Shown here one piece after another: positions 51,858-61,473 of a stretch of 64,000 nucleotides of DNA (position 1 is its first letter; each line of letters starts with the position of its first letter). This stretch comes from an uncultured Gammaproteobacteria bacterium (GTDB lineage Bacteria > Patescibacteriota > Microgenomatia > CAYQLK01). Below the pieces are notes generated by a model that ran no database searches, had not been told where the DNA came from, and saw only the letters and a list, made by a program, of their open reading frames with translations. The stretch covers positions 3,693 through 67,692 of the forward strand of contig CAYUKQ010000003.1 of NCBI GenBank assembly GCA_964445355.1, written 5' to 3'. A program made the position numbers and the translations under genes.

Positions 51858-52409
51858 ATTAATAAGCAAATAAAAAGAGGTTTTACCTTAATTGAACTTC
51901 TGGTTACTATCGCGATTATTGGTGTGTTAGCTGGTGTCGTTTTGATTGCAATCGACCCTGCAAAGCAGATCCAGCGCGCTGGTGATGCCGGACGTAAATC
52001 TGATATTTCACAGATTGCCGGAGCCTTAGAGGCGTATGGTGTTTCACACAATGCGATCTATATTCAAGGTGTAACCGGTTCGTTGTCCGGTGCGGTTGAA
52101 GGCGCGGCAAGCGCGGGTACCTGGGATTCTACCTTAGTTACTTCGGGTGAGATCAAAAACGTGCGTGATCAAACGGTTGTTTATGATTCAACAGCCGCAG
52201 GTACGACATTTAGGGTCTATCGTCAGTTAGCAGCGACCCAATTGGCCTGGGAAGAAGGCGCTAATGACCAAGCAGGTGGTGGAGCAACTACGACTTGTTC
52301 AGCTGCTTACCCTGGTGGTTCAGCTGCGGTGTTCTATGTCTATGACACCACGGCCGGAAAGCCATACTGGCACTGTCATGCGTCTGGTACGGCTCCAACT
52401 GCCCTGTAA
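51858..52409 (+). CDS. Type IV (major) pilin with class-III prepilin leader (M)NKQIKRG|FTLIELLV and C-terminal Cys pair. Apparent ATT start (ORF track starts at internal GTG 51924)
   Basis: In-frame TGA at 51849-51851; GGAGG RBS at 51844-51848; only ATT/AAT codons precede the conserved G|FTLIE cleavage motif. Confidence 0.7.
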   Translation: MNKQIKRGFTLIELLVTIAIIGVLAGVVLIAIDPAKQIQRAGDAGRKSDISQIAGALEAYGVSHNAIYIQGVTGSLSGAVEGAASAGTWDSTLVTSGEIKNVRDQTVVYDSTAAGTTFRVYRQLAATQLAWEEGANDQAGGGATTTCSAAYPGGSAAVFYVYDTTAGKPYWHCHASGTAPTAL

Positions 52410-52490
52410 AGGTATGTATAGAAAAACTGCCCGTTTTCTATGGGTTCTAGGTATTGAGTTGTTCATAGGATAGACACTTACTTAGAATCC

Positions 52491-53111
52491 ATGGCTTGGG
52501 GCGGAAGTAATAATAGAATGCATAAGGGTTTTACATTAATTGAATTATTAATAACCATATCCTTGGTTGGGGTTTTGTCTGGGATCGCCTTTAGTTTGGT
52601 CGATCCGGCTTCACAAATTGCCAAAGCAAAAGATACTTCGATAAAGGCTGAAATAAGTCAGATCGCTGGCGCGATGGAGGCTTACGGAGCGGAAAATAAC
52701 GGGAAATATATTCTGGGTGTCACGACTGCGCCGGCAAACCCAGGTACACTTTCGGCTCCAAACGAGGGATGTGCGGGTACTTCGACCATGTGTCCAGGAG
52801 GTGTAAGCGGAGATCGGGGTTGGGACGAAATATTGGTCGCAAGCAAAATCGTTAAAGAGGTAAGAAATAAGGGGCTAGTTTATGATTCGGATAGTAGCGG
52901 ATCAAGATTCAGGATTTATGCTCTGCTTAATGCGACAAAGATCGAAGGCGAAAAAGGTCGTGAGGACACAACATTTTCGCCAAGCTGTTCGTCTGCTACA
53001 TATACTTACGGAAATAATTCCGAAGTATATTTTGTATACGATTCGTTGATTCGTAAAACCTACTGGTGGTGTACTTCAGCCGGTCCAGTTTGGCCGAGAC
53101 CAAGTTTATAA
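52491..53111 (+). CDS. Second type IV pilin paralogue (leader ...MHKG|FTLIELLI; alternative start ATG 52518), C-terminal disulfide pair
   Basis: Prepilin N-terminal motif and hydrophobic alpha1 helix. Confidence 0.8.
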   Translation: MAWGGSNNRMHKGFTLIELLITISLVGVLSGIAFSLVDPASQIAKAKDTSIKAEISQIAGAMEAYGAENNGKYILGVTTAPANPGTLSAPNEGCAGTSTMCPGGVSGDRGWDEILVASKIVKEVRNKGLVYDSDSSGSRFRIYALLNATKIEGEKGREDTTFSPSCSSATYTYGNNSEVYFVYDSLIRKTYWWCTSAGPVWPRPSL

Positions 53112-53142
53112 AATACTTCAAAAAGTTATAATCGCATTTAAT

Positions 53143-53922
53143 ATGGAAATTGGTTTTTTGATCTGGTTTATGTCTTTTGCTTTTGTATTTGGGGTGGTAA
53201 TGGCGAGTTTTTTTGGATCGTTATCCTATCGGCTTGAGACAAATAAGAAGTTTTTGCTAAAAAAAAGATCATTTTGTCCGAAATGTGAACATGATCTTAA
53301 TTATCGGGATTTGGTGCCGATACTAAGTTTTTTGTTTACAAAAGGTAGATGCAGGTATTGCAGTGTAAGGATCGATCGGAGCTATTTTGTCAGCGAGTTA
53401 AGTGTTGGGTTATTATGGGTGATTTTTGCATGGGGAATTTGGACTAGATTGGAATTTTTCGAGATATCAAATCTTATTCTGTTAGTTTTTTTACTTTTGA
53501 TTATGAGTTTTTTGATGGTGATTGATATTTTTTATTACATACTTCCCCATCAACTTAATGCTTTAGGCTTATTTGTTTTATTAGTAATAACGGGTTTTGA
53601 TCTTTCAGCTAGCAGATTGTTGGGTATGCTGGTCGCGGTTGGATTTTTTGTAATTTTGTGGCTGATAACGAAGTTCAAAGGGATAGGATTAGGTGATGTG
53701 GGTTTGGCTTTCTGGATGGGATATGGTTTGGGGGCTCCAGTTGTTATTTTGGGGTTAATGCTCTCGTTTATTTTTGGTGCGGTTTTTGGGGTCGGATTAA
53801 TGAGTGTTAATAAGAAAGGTTTGAAACAAGCAGTGCCCTTTGGTCCATTTTTGATTTTTGGTTTTGTAATTGCATGGTTCTGGGGTAAGGAGATTTTGAG
53901 TTGGTATGTCGCAAGACTATAG
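53143..53922 (+). CDS. pilD: Prepilin peptidase (A24 family) PilD
   Basis: CPKCEHDL ... CRYC zinc-finger and polytopic membrane domain with catalytic Asp. Confidence 0.85.
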   Translation: MEIGFLIWFMSFAFVFGVVMASFFGSLSYRLETNKKFLLKKRSFCPKCEHDLNYRDLVPILSFLFTKGRCRYCSVRIDRSYFVSELSVGLLWVIFAWGIWTRLEFFEISNLILLVFLLLIMSFLMVIDIFYYILPHQLNALGLFVLLVITGFDLSASRLLGMLVAVGFFVILWLITKFKGIGLGDVGLAFWMGYGLGAPVVILGLMLSFIFGAVFGVGLMSVNKKGLKQAVPFGPFLIFGFVIAWFWGKEILSWYVARL

Positions 53923-53978
53923 TTGCATAAGTTGGTGTTTGGACAAAAGCAGAAGTAAAAACTAATATTAAGTTAATT

Positions 53979-54572
53979 ATGCAACGATATCTGCCCAGAA
54001 ATAAAAAAGGTTATTCCATAATTGAATTACTGGTTGTGGTAGTGATCATGGGGTTTTTGGCGGCATTGGTTATTCCTTCGTTTACGAGTTTTCAACAAAA
54101 TCAGGATCTTAAGCTGTCGGCGGAGGAGTTAAAAAGTGATATTAGGTTAGCTCAAAGCCGGTCCTTGTCGGGATCGAAAGGTGCGACCTGTGCGGTGACG
54201 GACACGCTTTTTGGTTGGTATTTTTCAATGCAGGCTGGTGCTGGTCAGAATACTTACAGTATTTCCGGTGCCTGTAAAAACGCTGTAAATAATATCGTTG
54301 CATTTAATACCGAGAGCAAGGCAACGAAAAATAGTCGAGTTGAAATAAGCAGTATTCGTATCGATGGGGTGTCACAGCCAAGTTTGATTTTTGGACTTTT
54401 TGCTCCGGTTAATGGCAGAATTAGTTACTATCCGATTTCGTTTGCTTCAATTCCGGTGATCGCGACCCAGCAGGTGGAGATTACTTTAACCAATACTAGC
54501 ATTAGTGATCCTAGCGATAATACGTATCGGGTTATTATCACTAGATCAGGAGAGGTTTATGCGACCAAGTAG
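53979..54572 (+). CDS. Minor pilin or pseudopilin (GspH/FimT-like), prepilin N-terminus KKG|YSIIELLVVV
   Basis: Class-III signal motif. Confidence 0.7.
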   Translation: MQRYLPRNKKGYSIIELLVVVVIMGFLAALVIPSFTSFQQNQDLKLSAEELKSDIRLAQSRSLSGSKGATCAVTDTLFGWYFSMQAGAGQNTYSISGACKNAVNNIVAFNTESKATKNSRVEISSIRIDGVSQPSLIFGLFAPVNGRISYYPISFASIPVIATQQVEITLTNTSISDPSDNTYRVIITRSGEVYATK

Positions 54573-55116
54573 ATTAACGAAAATTAATGATCGTGGACAA
54601 ACGCTTATAGAAGTTTTGATCGCCTCTGCGATTGTTGTCTTGATATCCGTGTCGTTGATTTCGGCATCACTGATTTCGGTAAAAGATTCAAGATTTTCTC
54701 AGAATCAGTCGATCGCTTCGGAGTTGAGTCAAAAAATGATTGAGGAAGTTCGGGCGGAACGTGACCGAAGAATCACGGCTGATGACTGGACAGGTTTTAA
54801 TGCACTGGCTGGAGCATGCTATGGTTTTTCGGGAACACCGGCAGATTTTAATTTGACGGTTGCTGTTTCGTGTGCTTCATTACCGGTGGCAGTAAATATT
54901 GATAATACTGATTTTTATCCAAAGGCCAGAATTGAGAGGATCAATACTAATTTAGGGCAGTATGCAGTTTGTGTCTACGCAACGGTTAGGTTTGATGACG
55001 CCACCGGGGCGAGATACTCAAAAAAGAAGACGATTTTAACTGACTGGACTCAGGGTAGTTTGACTTATACCGCGGCTGATGTGAATAGTTGTAATACAGG
55101 AGATTTTAGTTTTTAG
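54559..55116 (+). CDS. Minor pilin (PilV-like), prepilin N-terminus DRGQ|TLIEVLIA; start ATG 54559 with GGAGAGG RBS (ORF track start 54505 is an upstream extension)
   Basis: Class-III signal motif. Confidence 0.65.
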   Translation: MRPSRLTKINDRGQTLIEVLIASAIVVLISVSLISASLISVKDSRFSQNQSIASELSQKMIEEVRAERDRRITADDWTGFNALAGACYGFSGTPADFNLTVAVSCASLPVAVNIDNTDFYPKARIERINTNLGQYAVCVYATVRFDDATGARYSKKKTILTDWTQGSLTYTAADVNSCNTGDFSF

Positions 55117-55118
55117 GT

Positions 55119-55667
55119 ATGAGCAATTCACTTAAAAGTGCCGGTTTTACGATCGTTGAAGTTTTGGTGGTGATGGCGATCTTGGGTATTGTGCTTACGG
55201 CGGGAACTTCAGTATTTATTTCAACGGTTTCGACCAGTAACAAGACTCAGGCACAGATCAACGTTAAAGAGGCAGGCAGAAACGCGTCTGAGCAGATTAC
55301 AAGGAAGATCCAGTCCGCGAGGGATCTAGTTTTGGTCAGTGCGACTCAAGTGACGATTATTGACGCTGACGGTGTCAGTTCCCTGTTGAGTTGTGTCAAC
55401 GGTACTTCATCGACAAACGGTCGTTTGGAAATAACAAACAGCGGTGTAACGACCGGTCTTACTTTTTATAGCGCGAGTGATAATACCATTGGGGTCAATG
55501 TGACCGGTTGTGATTTTGAAGTGGTAAACGGTGCAAGTGGCAAAGAACCACCTGCTTTGAAATATTCATTTAATATCAGTCAGCCAGTCGGTTCACCTAA
55601 TCGGCCGGAGTATCAGGCTAGTATAAAAATCGAATCAGCTGTGGTGTCTAGAACTTATGAATTTTAA
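55119..55667 (+). CDS. Minor pilin (PilW/GspJ-like), prepilin N-terminus KSAG|FTIVEVLVV
   Basis: Class-III signal motif. Confidence 0.7.
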   Translation: MSNSLKSAGFTIVEVLVVMAILGIVLTAGTSVFISTVSTSNKTQAQINVKEAGRNASEQITRKIQSARDLVLVSATQVTIIDADGVSSLLSCVNGTSSTNGRLEITNSGVTTGLTFYSASDNTIGVNVTGCDFEVVNGASGKEPPALKYSFNISQPVGSPNRPEYQASIKIESAVVSRTYEF

Positions 55668-55720
55668 GGATTTGACATTGATACACATTTGACTCTATGC
55701 TGAGGATGTAACTAATAAAC

Positions 55721-56596
55721 ATGCCCAAACGATCGAATTCTCAAGGACAAATTTTGATTGTGATTTTGCTGATAATGGTAGTGGCGTTGGCAATCGGTTT
55801 GTCTGTAGCAACAAGGTCCCTAACTAATTTAAGAGTATCTACCCAGTCAGAGTTTTCTCAACGAGCTTTCAGTGCGGCTGAGGCTGGTATTGAAAAGGCG
55901 CTAGGTAGTGGAAATGCGAGTTTTGCGGAAAGTTTTAATGTTGATGTAGGTGGTAGCTCGGTAGCTGTGGATGTAACCAGTCAAAGTTTGAGTTATGTTG
56001 AAACAGTGTTGAGCAGTGGCGGGGTTCAGGAAATTAAGGTTGATACTGCCCAAGGTAGAACTGCCAGCAGTATTATTTTGTATTGGGGTAATAGTGCGTC
56101 GGGTTCCGATGAGCTGACCAATCCCCCTTCGGTTGAGTTTACGTTAATTGATGTCGACGCCTCAAGTAATGTGATCATTCCGCCGAATGCAGGTTCGGTC
56201 CGTGGTAAGGCGGCACTAAATCCTCCGGGTTCATCCAGGGCAAATGGTTTTGCATCGGCTTCTGCACCGGCTGCAGGGTTTACTTCTCCTGGCGGTAAGT
56301 CATTCCAGGCAAGAACTGAGATATTTTTGAACCCGAATACTAAACTGGTAAGAATCAGGGCAATTTATAATACAGCGACGATTTATGTTGAAAGCGGTAC
56401 CACTTCTATAAATGCTAGCCCGGCTATAATTCCCCAACAGGTTGATGTAACCGTGTCCGAAGCCCGTGTACCAATTGGTGAACAGGGCGGTCAAAGTAAT
56501 TTGACCCGTGCTGTTCAGGTGGTTAAAAGTAAGCCGGCTTTGCCTGCAATATTTGATTATGTATTGTTTGGGGCGAACGGAATAATTAAACAGTAG
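55721..56596 (+). CDS. PilX-like minor pilin or pilus-tip protein with prepilin-like N-terminus
   Basis: SQGQILIVILLIMVVALAIGLSVA N-terminal helix. Confidence 0.6.
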   Translation: MPKRSNSQGQILIVILLIMVVALAIGLSVATRSLTNLRVSTQSEFSQRAFSAAEAGIEKALGSGNASFAESFNVDVGGSSVAVDVTSQSLSYVETVLSSGGVQEIKVDTAQGRTASSIILYWGNSASGSDELTNPPSVEFTLIDVDASSNVIIPPNAGSVRGKAALNPPGSSRANGFASASAPAAGFTSPGGKSFQARTEIFLNPNTKLVRIRAIYNTATIYVESGTTSINASPAIIPQQVDVTVSEARVPIGEQGGQSNLTRAVQVVKSKPALPAIFDYVLFGANGIIKQ

Positions 56597-56650
56597 GTTT
56601 GGGGAAATTTTTAGAGGAAAGTTTTTTTCATAACAGTTATAGTAAATGTA

Positions 56651-57670
56651 ATGAGCGCGAATATTTGTGTTGGTCTTGATATCTCTTCTACGACGGTTAA
56701 AGTAATTGCTCTGACCGATGACAAACCTAGGAAGCTATCTGGTTGGGGTAAAGTAGATTTGCCTCTGGGTATCAATCCTCTATCAGAAGCCCCAGAGCAT
56801 ACTGCGCCGGTTATTGATGCGCTTAAAAAGCTTTTTTCTGCATCAAAAGTTCAAAAAGACAATATCTATCTGTCTCTGCCTGAGTCTCAAGTTTTTAGCC
56901 GTATTATTGAGATGCCAAATTTGACCGAGCGTGAATTATCTTCCGCGATCAAGTGGGAAGCAGAGCAGTATCTGCCATTTCCGATCAAGGATGTGTCGAT
57001 AACCTGGGAAATTGTTTCACGCCCAGAGAATCCGGCGGAAAAAATGAAGGTTTTTTTGGTAGCTGCCCCGCTAAAAATAGTTAATCATTTTTTTGAACTT
57101 TGTACCCATGCGGGTTTAAAAATAACTTCGATGGAAAGCGAAGGTACGGCTTCAGCCAGAATAGTTGCTCCGCCGGGGTCGCCGGTGACTTTGGGGGTTT
57201 CACTTAAAGAGGATGGGGCCGATTTTTTTGTTTTTCGTGACGGTAAAACGACGTATTCAAGATCGATAACTACTGGAGCAAAAGCGTTAAGTCGGGCTCT
57301 GGTGGCCGAGCTGGGTTTGTCTGAGTTGCAAGCAAAAGAATATCGTGACGCTTACGGGTTACTGAAAGATCAGATGGAGGGTAAAATTGCCGCAACAATT
57401 GCTCCGGTTTTTGAATTAGTTGTCGCAGAAATTGGCCGAACAGTCGCACTTGCTTCGGCGACGGAACCGCTTTTTCCCGTCAAAAGAATTAGTGTTTTTG
57501 GACCGGGTGCTAACTTGCCCGGTTTGACCCAGTATTTGACCGAACGTTTAGGACTTGAGGCTGAATTGACCGATCCGTTTATCCAAATTGATCCCAGCAA
57601 TATTCCTTCGGACCTGGCCGCGATCAAGAGTATATTCGTTACGCCGGCGGGGCTTGCTCTACGAAGCTGA
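56651..57670 (+). CDS. pilM: Type IV pilus assembly protein PilM (actin-like ATPase fold)
   Basis: VGLDISSTTVKVIAL N-terminus and PilM pattern. Confidence 0.8.
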   Translation: MSANICVGLDISSTTVKVIALTDDKPRKLSGWGKVDLPLGINPLSEAPEHTAPVIDALKKLFSASKVQKDNIYLSLPESQVFSRIIEMPNLTERELSSAIKWEAEQYLPFPIKDVSITWEIVSRPENPAEKMKVFLVAAPLKIVNHFFELCTHAGLKITSMESEGTASARIVAPPGSPVTLGVSLKEDGADFFVFRDGKTTYSRSITTGAKALSRALVAELGLSELQAKEYRDAYGLLKDQMEGKIAATIAPVFELVVAEIGRTVALASATEPLFPVKRISVFGPGANLPGLTQYLTERLGLEAELTDPFIQIDPSNIPSDLAAIKSIFVTPAGLALRS

Positions 57671-57709
57671 AAATGTATATGATTAGTTTATTAATATTAA
57701 CTGAATAAG

Positions 57710-58258
57710 ATGTCCGACATTAACTTGCTGCCCCAGGATGTATTGGCGGCACAGTCCAGAAAAGCGTCCCCTCTACAGAAATTAGTGATTGGTTTATTGA
57801 TTTTGTTTGCGATCTTTATTGCGCTTATTTTTGGTGCAAGCTTTTGGGTAAATGGTCAGCTTGCTAGCTTGGCGGCCAAGACCAAAACTTTGGAGGATCA
57901 AATTGTTTCCAAACAGACCACAGAATCGAAGTTGCTAGTTAGGAATGAAAAAGCAGTTGGTGTAAAGAATATTCTCAATCAAAGGATTGATTACATAGGC
58001 ATGTTTAGGACACTAAAAAGTATCCTGCCGGATGGCGTTCGTTTTACTGATTTTAATTTTAAGGAAGGAAATTCGATCACCATCAATGGTAAGGCTTTGT
58101 CTGCTCAAGACCTGTCTACATTCACATCTTTACTGCTTGATCCGTCTAAAGGTGGCAAGATGTTCAGTGAGGTTAATCTGAGCTCTCTACAGGGCCGTGA
58201 AGACGGTAGTTTTGATTTTACGGTTAGTGCCATAGTAGCGACATTAGGAGGGAAATAA
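57710..58258 (+). CDS. pilN: Type IV pilus assembly protein PilN
   Basis: INLLPQD N-terminus plus single TM, typical of PilN. Confidence 0.75.
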   Translation: MSDINLLPQDVLAAQSRKASPLQKLVIGLLILFAIFIALIFGASFWVNGQLASLAAKTKTLEDQIVSKQTTESKLLVRNEKAVGVKNILNQRIDYIGMFRTLKSILPDGVRFTDFNFKEGNSITINGKALSAQDLSTFTSLLLDPSKGGKMFSEVNLSSLQGREDGSFDFTVSAIVATLGGK

Positions 58259-58260
58259 AT

Positions 58261-59085
58261 ATGGATTTTACGCCCGCAATTAACAATAATCCGATCATTA
58301 AAAAAGAGGCAAAAAGGGCCAAGGGGGTGTTAATTCCCGCGTTGGCGCTGTTGGTGATGGTTGTAGTGTTGTTTACTGTAGGTTTTCCGAAACTGAACGA
58401 GACTATAGATTTGTATAAAAGTATTAGTACAACCAATCAGGATCTGAAAAATCTTGAAGAGAAAAATAAGCTTTTGACCTCGGAAAATTCTTCTCAGTTG
58501 TCGAGCGAAATAACATTATTAAACTCAGCCGTTCCCTCTTCTAAGGATGCGATTGGTCTGGTGGCAGGAATGCAAAGATTGGCCGCTGAAAATGGGTTAT
58601 TGATGCAGACTATTCAAGTTGCTCCTGGAAAACTTAGATATGTTCAGAAAGAATCCTCAGGCTCGGCTACGATTCAGCCTGTTTCTCAAGAAACAGCGGC
58701 TCAGATATCCGCTGATGAAGCAAGTGTGCCGAATGGATCGAAGTATGTCGATGGAGTGGAAACCTTTGATTTTCAATCAACAATGACCGGGCCTTATGCT
58801 CAAGTCGAGCAATTTTTAGCATCATTTCCTTTGACATTAAGACTAATTGATCTTAATCAAATAAATATTTCTACCGAAGGTGACGCTGCGTTAGGTATTG
58901 TAAGAGTGTTGGTTTCTGGTGTGGCCTATTACAAGAGCTTGCCGGCGACGTTACCTGATCCGAAAACACCGTTAGTCAAGCTGACAAAAGACGAGACTGA
59001 TGCGATTGCTAAGATCAAAGGTTATCGCGTGGTTTCTACTCTGCCGGATCTCAAATCAACAGGTTCTGTTGAAAATCCGTTTTAA
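58261..59085 (+). CDS. pilO: Type IV pilus assembly protein PilO-like
   Basis: Single TM, coiled-coil, position after pilN. Confidence 0.6.
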   Translation: MDFTPAINNNPIIKKEAKRAKGVLIPALALLVMVVVLFTVGFPKLNETIDLYKSISTTNQDLKNLEEKNKLLTSENSSQLSSEITLLNSAVPSSKDAIGLVAGMQRLAAENGLLMQTIQVAPGKLRYVQKESSGSATIQPVSQETAAQISADEASVPNGSKYVDGVETFDFQSTMTGPYAQVEQFLASFPLTLRLIDLNQINISTEGDAALGIVRVLVSGVAYYKSLPATLPDPKTPLVKLTKDETDAIAKIKGYRVVSTLPDLKSTGSVENPF

Positions 59086-59160
59086 TTTTTCCTAAATTTT
59101 GTCGGAATTTTATATTAGTTTTACTGTTTAGATAGTGTGTTAATAATTAAGGATTATATC

Positions 59161-59201
59161 ATCCTATAGTATTTGAATTAATGTCTAAATAATGATATAA
59201 T
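59161..59201 (+). promoter_or_regulatory. Motif-promoter module copy: ATCCTATAGTA then TTGAAT-N17-TATAAT
   Basis: Read directly; followed by AAGGAG at 59217. Confidence 0.6.
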
Positions 59202-59207
59202 CAAGGG

Positions 59208-59456
59208 AGTTAGCTTAAGGAGAAGCATCTTTTTGGTTGATGAAGAGTTGGTTTGGGTAGGTCGAGGTTTTCATCGAGATCTTCGGAGAATCCGATTCCC
59301 CTGCCGCTCTGATCGCAGAGCCGGATGCTGAGTTCGTGAGGTTCGTTCTGGCTCAGCGTGCCAGCGAATTACCGAAAGAGCTTGTCTCTGCATTGCAGAA
59401 GATCGCGTCAAGCCACGGTGTTACGCTGTAGCTGGGCACAAGGGCTCTCATTAATT
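59208..59456 (+). other. GC-rich (about 56%) mini-transcription unit of about 0.25 kb: candidate small ORF (longest ATG/GTG/TTG frames about 31-33 aa, none with a convincing start) or sRNA
   Basis: Bounded by the consensus promoter and the terminator; an AAGGAG element follows the predicted transcription start. Confidence 0.4.
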
Positions 59457-59491
59457 CCCCGTTTCAGGTTTTACCTGGCGGGGATTTTTTT
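59457..59491 (+). terminator. Rho-independent terminator (CCCCG...CGGGG with inner CAGG/CCTG, then T7) overlapping the 3-prime end of convergent trmD
   Basis: Hairpin plus T-run. Confidence 0.55.
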
Positions 59492-60118
59492 GCGATTTTT
59501 TTGGCGAAATTCCTTAATGATTTTGTGATGGCCTGTAAGAAGTACCTCAGGCACTTTTTGGTTTTTGAAATTAACAGGTTCGGTATAAAGTGGTGCTTCA
59601 GTCAAATCATCCTGAAAGGTTTCGTCAATTAATGAGTCCGGGTTAAGTACTTCCGGCTGAAGTCGTGTCACTGAGTCAAGGATTGCGAGTGCGGCTATTT
59701 CACCACCGGTAGTGATATAGTCGCCTATTGAGATTGTTTGGTCAGCCAAACCGTAAACGCGTTGGTCGTAGCCCTGGTAGTGGCCGCAAATTAAGGTAAT
59801 CGACTTAATCTTGGAGAATTTTGTCGCTGTTTCTTGGTTATATGTTTCTCCAGTTGGACAAAGAAGAATTATTTTGGTTTTTGGGTCTGACTGGCGAATA
59901 TGCCGGATGGCGGAGTCGATCACGTCTACCCTAAGAACCATTCCTCCGCCGCCTCCGTATGGTTTGCCGTCAACCATTTTTCTTTGTTTTATACCAAAAT
60001 CACGCAAATTAAATACATTAATGTTGATTTTATTGTCTTTGATCGCTCGACCAATAATCGAGGTTTGGGTATAGGTATTAATTATTTCTGGAAAAAGTGT
60101 AAGAACGTTGATCGTCAT
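59471..60118 (-). CDS. trmD: tRNA (guanine37-N1)-methyltransferase
   Basis: SPOUT-class TrmD N-terminus INVLTLFPE and the rpsP-KH-trmD gene context. Confidence 0.9.
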   Translation of the reverse strand: MTINVLTLFPEIINTYTQTSIIGRAIKDNKININVFNLRDFGIKQRKMVDGKPYGGGGGMVLRVDVIDSAIRHIRQSDPKTKIILLCPTGETYNQETATKFSKIKSITLICGHYQGYDQRVYGLADQTISIGDYITTGGEIAALAILDSVTRLQPEVLNPDSLIDETFQDDLTEAPLYTEPVNFKNQKVPEVLLTGHHKIIKEFRQKNRKKIPAR

Positions 60119-60197
60119 AGTGGTTTTTTACTTATACAAAAATCCGAATATAGAGATTGTGTAGTCTGTAAGGAGGTAGTATTTACTGCGTAAAAAA

Positions 60198-60427
60198 TTA
60201 CTCGGCGATTTCAACACGGCAGTATGTACCCTGCTGAGTAGCTAGAATACCTACCAGTGACCTGATCGAGCGGATAATGCGGCCGTTTTTCCCGATCACC
60301 TGGCCAATATCGTCCTGATGGACGGTGATTGTGAGCTTGGTTTCGCTATCGGTCGTTTCTTCGTTGACATTGACTGATTCTGGATGGTCGACAATTGATT
60401 CTAAAATAAACAGGACGAAATCTTTCA
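60198..60427 (-). CDS. KH-domain RNA-binding protein (YlqC/UPF0109-like); real start ATG at about 60427, overlapping the rpsP stop (TAATG)
   Basis: GKNGRIIRSIRSLVGILATQQ KH motif; ORF track start 60485 is an upstream extension into rpsP. Confidence 0.75.
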
Positions 60428-60655
60428 TTATTTTGCCATTAGTGAGCGTACAGTAGGAGAAAGTTGAGCGCCGTTTTTGACCCAATTTTCAATTCGTTCC
60501 TTATTAAGTTCGATAGATGCCGGTTGGGTTTTGGGATTGTAAGTGCCAAGGATCTCAAGGAATTTTCCGTCTCTTGGGCCACGAGAATCCACCGCAATTA
60601 CTCGGTATGTTGGATTGCCTCTTTTGCCGGTTCTAGTAAGTCTAATTTTTACCAT
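60428..60655 (-). CDS. rpsP: 30S ribosomal protein S16
   Basis: MVKIRLTRTGKRGNPTYRVIAVDSR S16 signature. Confidence 0.9.
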   Translation of the reverse strand: MVKIRLTRTGKRGNPTYRVIAVDSRGPRDGKFLEILGTYNPKTQPASIELNKERIENWVKNGAQLSPTVRSLMAK

Positions 60656-60706
60656 AATTAAGTTAGTATTTATGCTTAAGCGATTATACTGGCAATTGAA
60701 GCTGTG

Positions 60707-61456
60707 TCAAGCTTGGCTTTTTGTATTATTACTTAGGTTTTGAAGCGCAGCTTTAGCTGCTTCCTGCTGGGCTTCTTGTTTACTGTTGCCGGTTCCTGTA
60801 CCTGATACGACTCGATTGATCGAAACTTCAACTGTGAATGTTTTGGCGTGATCAGGACCGCTTTCGGATACGGTTTTGTAAAAAGGTGAACTTTTGAAGC
60901 GTTTTTGTACGGTTTCTTGTAGCCGGCTTTTAGGGTCGAGCAGTGAATTTTCTAAATCTTCGGACGGTTTTTTGAGTAAGGTTCGGAAAACGAATTTTTT
61001 GGCTGTGGAGATGCCGGAATCGAGAAAAATTGCTCCAAGTACCGCTTCGTATGTGTTGGCCAGAATCGATTTTGTCTTTACTCCGCCCCGTTCATGCTCT
61101 CCTTTAGAGAGGAATAGGAATTTGGCTAAATCCAGTTGAGTCGTCATGTCGGCCAGACTTTCGGTGCGGACTAGAACTGAGCGGTAGTGAGTGAGTATTC
61201 CCTCTTTTTGGTCCGGGTAAGTTAAATATAGCTGTTCAGAGACAATTAGTGACAGGACACTGTCGCCGAGGAATTCTAGTCGTTCGTTGTCGTGAGTAAA
61301 AACCGTATCCGGTGCCGATACTTCGTTAAGGTAAGATCGATGTACAAATGCATTAGCAAGAAGTTTTGGATTTTTAAACTTAACTCCGATTGCCTTTTCT
61401 GCTTCAGCGACTGGGAAATTGTCGTAAAGAAGTTCGGTATTGGTTTTTTTGGTCAC
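60707..61456 (-). CDS. rnc: Ribonuclease III
   Basis: NERLEFLGDSVL RNase III signature plus C-terminal dsRBD. Confidence 0.9.
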   Translation of the reverse strand: MTKKTNTELLYDNFPVAEAEKAIGVKFKNPKLLANAFVHRSYLNEVSAPDTVFTHDNERLEFLGDSVLSLIVSEQLYLTYPDQKEGILTHYRSVLVRTESLADMTTQLDLAKFLFLSKGEHERGGVKTKSILANTYEAVLGAIFLDSGISTAKKFVFRTLLKKPSEDLENSLLDPKSRLQETVQKRFKSSPFYKTVSESGPDHAKTFTVEVSINRVVSGTGTGNSKQEAQQEAAKAALQNLSNNTKSQA

Positions 61457-61473
61457 AATAAAATTTTTGTAAT

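Noticed and set aside
54505-54558. Upstream extension of the minor pilin ORF overlapping the previous gene
   Set aside because: ATG 54559 with a GGAGAGG RBS gives the canonical prepilin leader. The extension is an ORF-finder artefact.
60428-60485. 58-nt overlap between the rpsP and KH-protein ORFs
   Set aside because: The KH gene most likely starts at the ATG overlapping the rpsP stop (TAATG). The upstream part is an in-frame extension.
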